Source: Chrysomallon squamiferum
Lineage: Eukaryota > Animalia > Mollusca
Length of the DNA: 64,000 nt
Assembly: GCA_012295275.1 (NCBI GenBank)
Contig: CM022673.1
Location: forward strand, 806,001 to 870,000
Direction: 5' to 3'
Below, piece after piece: positions 62,494 to 64,000 of this stretch. Every line of letters begins with the position of its first letter. Positions within the stretch are counted from its first letter, which is position 1. Position numbers and translations under genes: made by a program. The notes under the pieces were generated by a model, which worked only from the letters and a program-made list of their open reading frames with translations, was not told the DNA's origin and made no database searches.

Positions 62494-62500
62494 CATAATC

Positions 62501-62534
<34 letters not shown>

Positions 62535-62760
62535 TAGTAACAACAAAATTAACAATGATAATAATAATAATAAAATTAATAATAATAAAATGAGCATTAC
62601 CAGTATTCAGATAAAATGCTTATTCGTTTTTCTCCGTGTTCAACGGTAATTCAGGGCAGATAAATGACGAACTTCTATACCCGGTTTAACAGTAGTCTCC
62701 TTCTGCATTAGAATCTAAGAAGCTATTATTGTGTCTTTAGTGTCCAAATTAGTTTCGAAA

Positions 62761-62801
<41 letters not shown>

Positions 62802-64000
62802 CAGTATAAAAAAATTAAGCTTACATGTATCTGACATTACCCACTGCTATCATACAGTTCTGTTAAAACCCGATCGTATTACACAGAACTGTATGGCCAG
62901 CTTTAATCGACTATGTTTAGTTAATACTGTATCACGTGGAATCATCCTTGACCTGATTCGTGATATTTAATGTCTTGTTTCATGTGTAATATGCCACTAG
63001 ACGTTTTTTATTTGTTGTTGTAACTGCATTGGTTAATTTAGATAATGAATATATTTAACATGTACTGCAAATTTTAGATATCGATGAGACTTAATTACAA
63101 TCTGAGCTATCAGAACATGTACAAAAATGGTTAAAGATCCATTTAAGCGGATTTTGTTTTTGTTTGTTAATTCAGTTTATGTACAAAATGCAAGAGTAGT
63201 GTATTATAAGGTAAAGGTGACATTAAATTAGTTTTAACTGATTTAATTGTTTAAGAACAAAGAATTTCAATTGCTTTTACACTGTCTGCTGGCGATTAAT
63301 TACCGTATCAAATAGGTTAAAATAAAAGTAATTTTATCACAGAAAAGTTAACAGAGATTATTTTTCTTTAACTTAACAAATGACCTTTTCTGAACTTCAA
63401 GAGCAACAGCATATCCAGTTTAAAAGAACAAAACAATGAAGTACAAGTCAGTGTTTTCTAAAGGAAAAGCTACAAACTAATAAATATTTCCAAATTTGTT
63501 TCTCATCTTGTCTTAATAAGATCATGTTGTATTACCGAAAATAGAATTCGAGACAGACTTCGAATTATATTTTCAGTTTCATACACAAAACATTTAGCTT
63601 CCATTTGAGGACCTTCAACATTGCATATTTAAAATGTTCTTTTAGATAATAATGATTAATTGACTGACAATGCGTTTTGATCATGTACAGATCCCGGCCT
63701 AGTGTCATTACGTCATCTTGCGACATACATTTCACGTATCGTCCGTCCGTCATCTTTCATTTCATCAGATTTGTTCCTCAGCCTTCTCTCACTCTCTCAT
63801 ATCGAGACAATATTAACAAATATTGAACTATAACCAAATGTAATCATCGCTTTCGACAAAGCACGCCATTCTTTAGCAAAATAAGAAAAACATAACCAGG
63901 TCTCGTGTATATGCATATATATATCTATAAATGTATGTATGTATGTATGTATGTATGTATGTGTGTATGCGTGTATGCATACATGCATGTATGTATTTAC

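Overview
AT-rich, microsatellite-dense eukaryotic (animal, probably invertebrate/mollusc-like) genomic DNA with one 200-N assembly gap (60708-60907). Essentially none of the supplied ORFs are real genes. Reading splice sites by hand reveals a tandem cluster of one gene family that the ORF track misses: six-exon genes (intron phases 1-2-1-2-1) encoding ~176-187 aa proteins with a signal peptide, two tandem six-cysteine domains and a GPI-anchor-like hydrophobic tail. Gene A (2397-6052, +) carries a 1-nt frameshift. Genes B (17256-20926, +), C (26204-30029, +), D (44787-41768, -) and E (48553-51366, +) are intact. F (57094-60117, +) is indel-ridden, and G (61308-61901, +; exons 5-6 only, after the gap) is probably the accurate version of the same locus as F. 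D and E lie head-to-head on the arms of a ~13.6 kb inverted duplication. Their introns are nearly identical, but their mature coding exons differ almost only by amino-acid-changing substitutions, and the exon-2 loop is hypervariable. This suggests a diversifying cell-surface recognition family; I cannot assign it to a named family from sequence alone. The rest of the window holds a Tigger/pogo-type MITE, tRNA-derived SINEs, a 29-bp minisatellite, a shuffled composite repeat and simple repeats.
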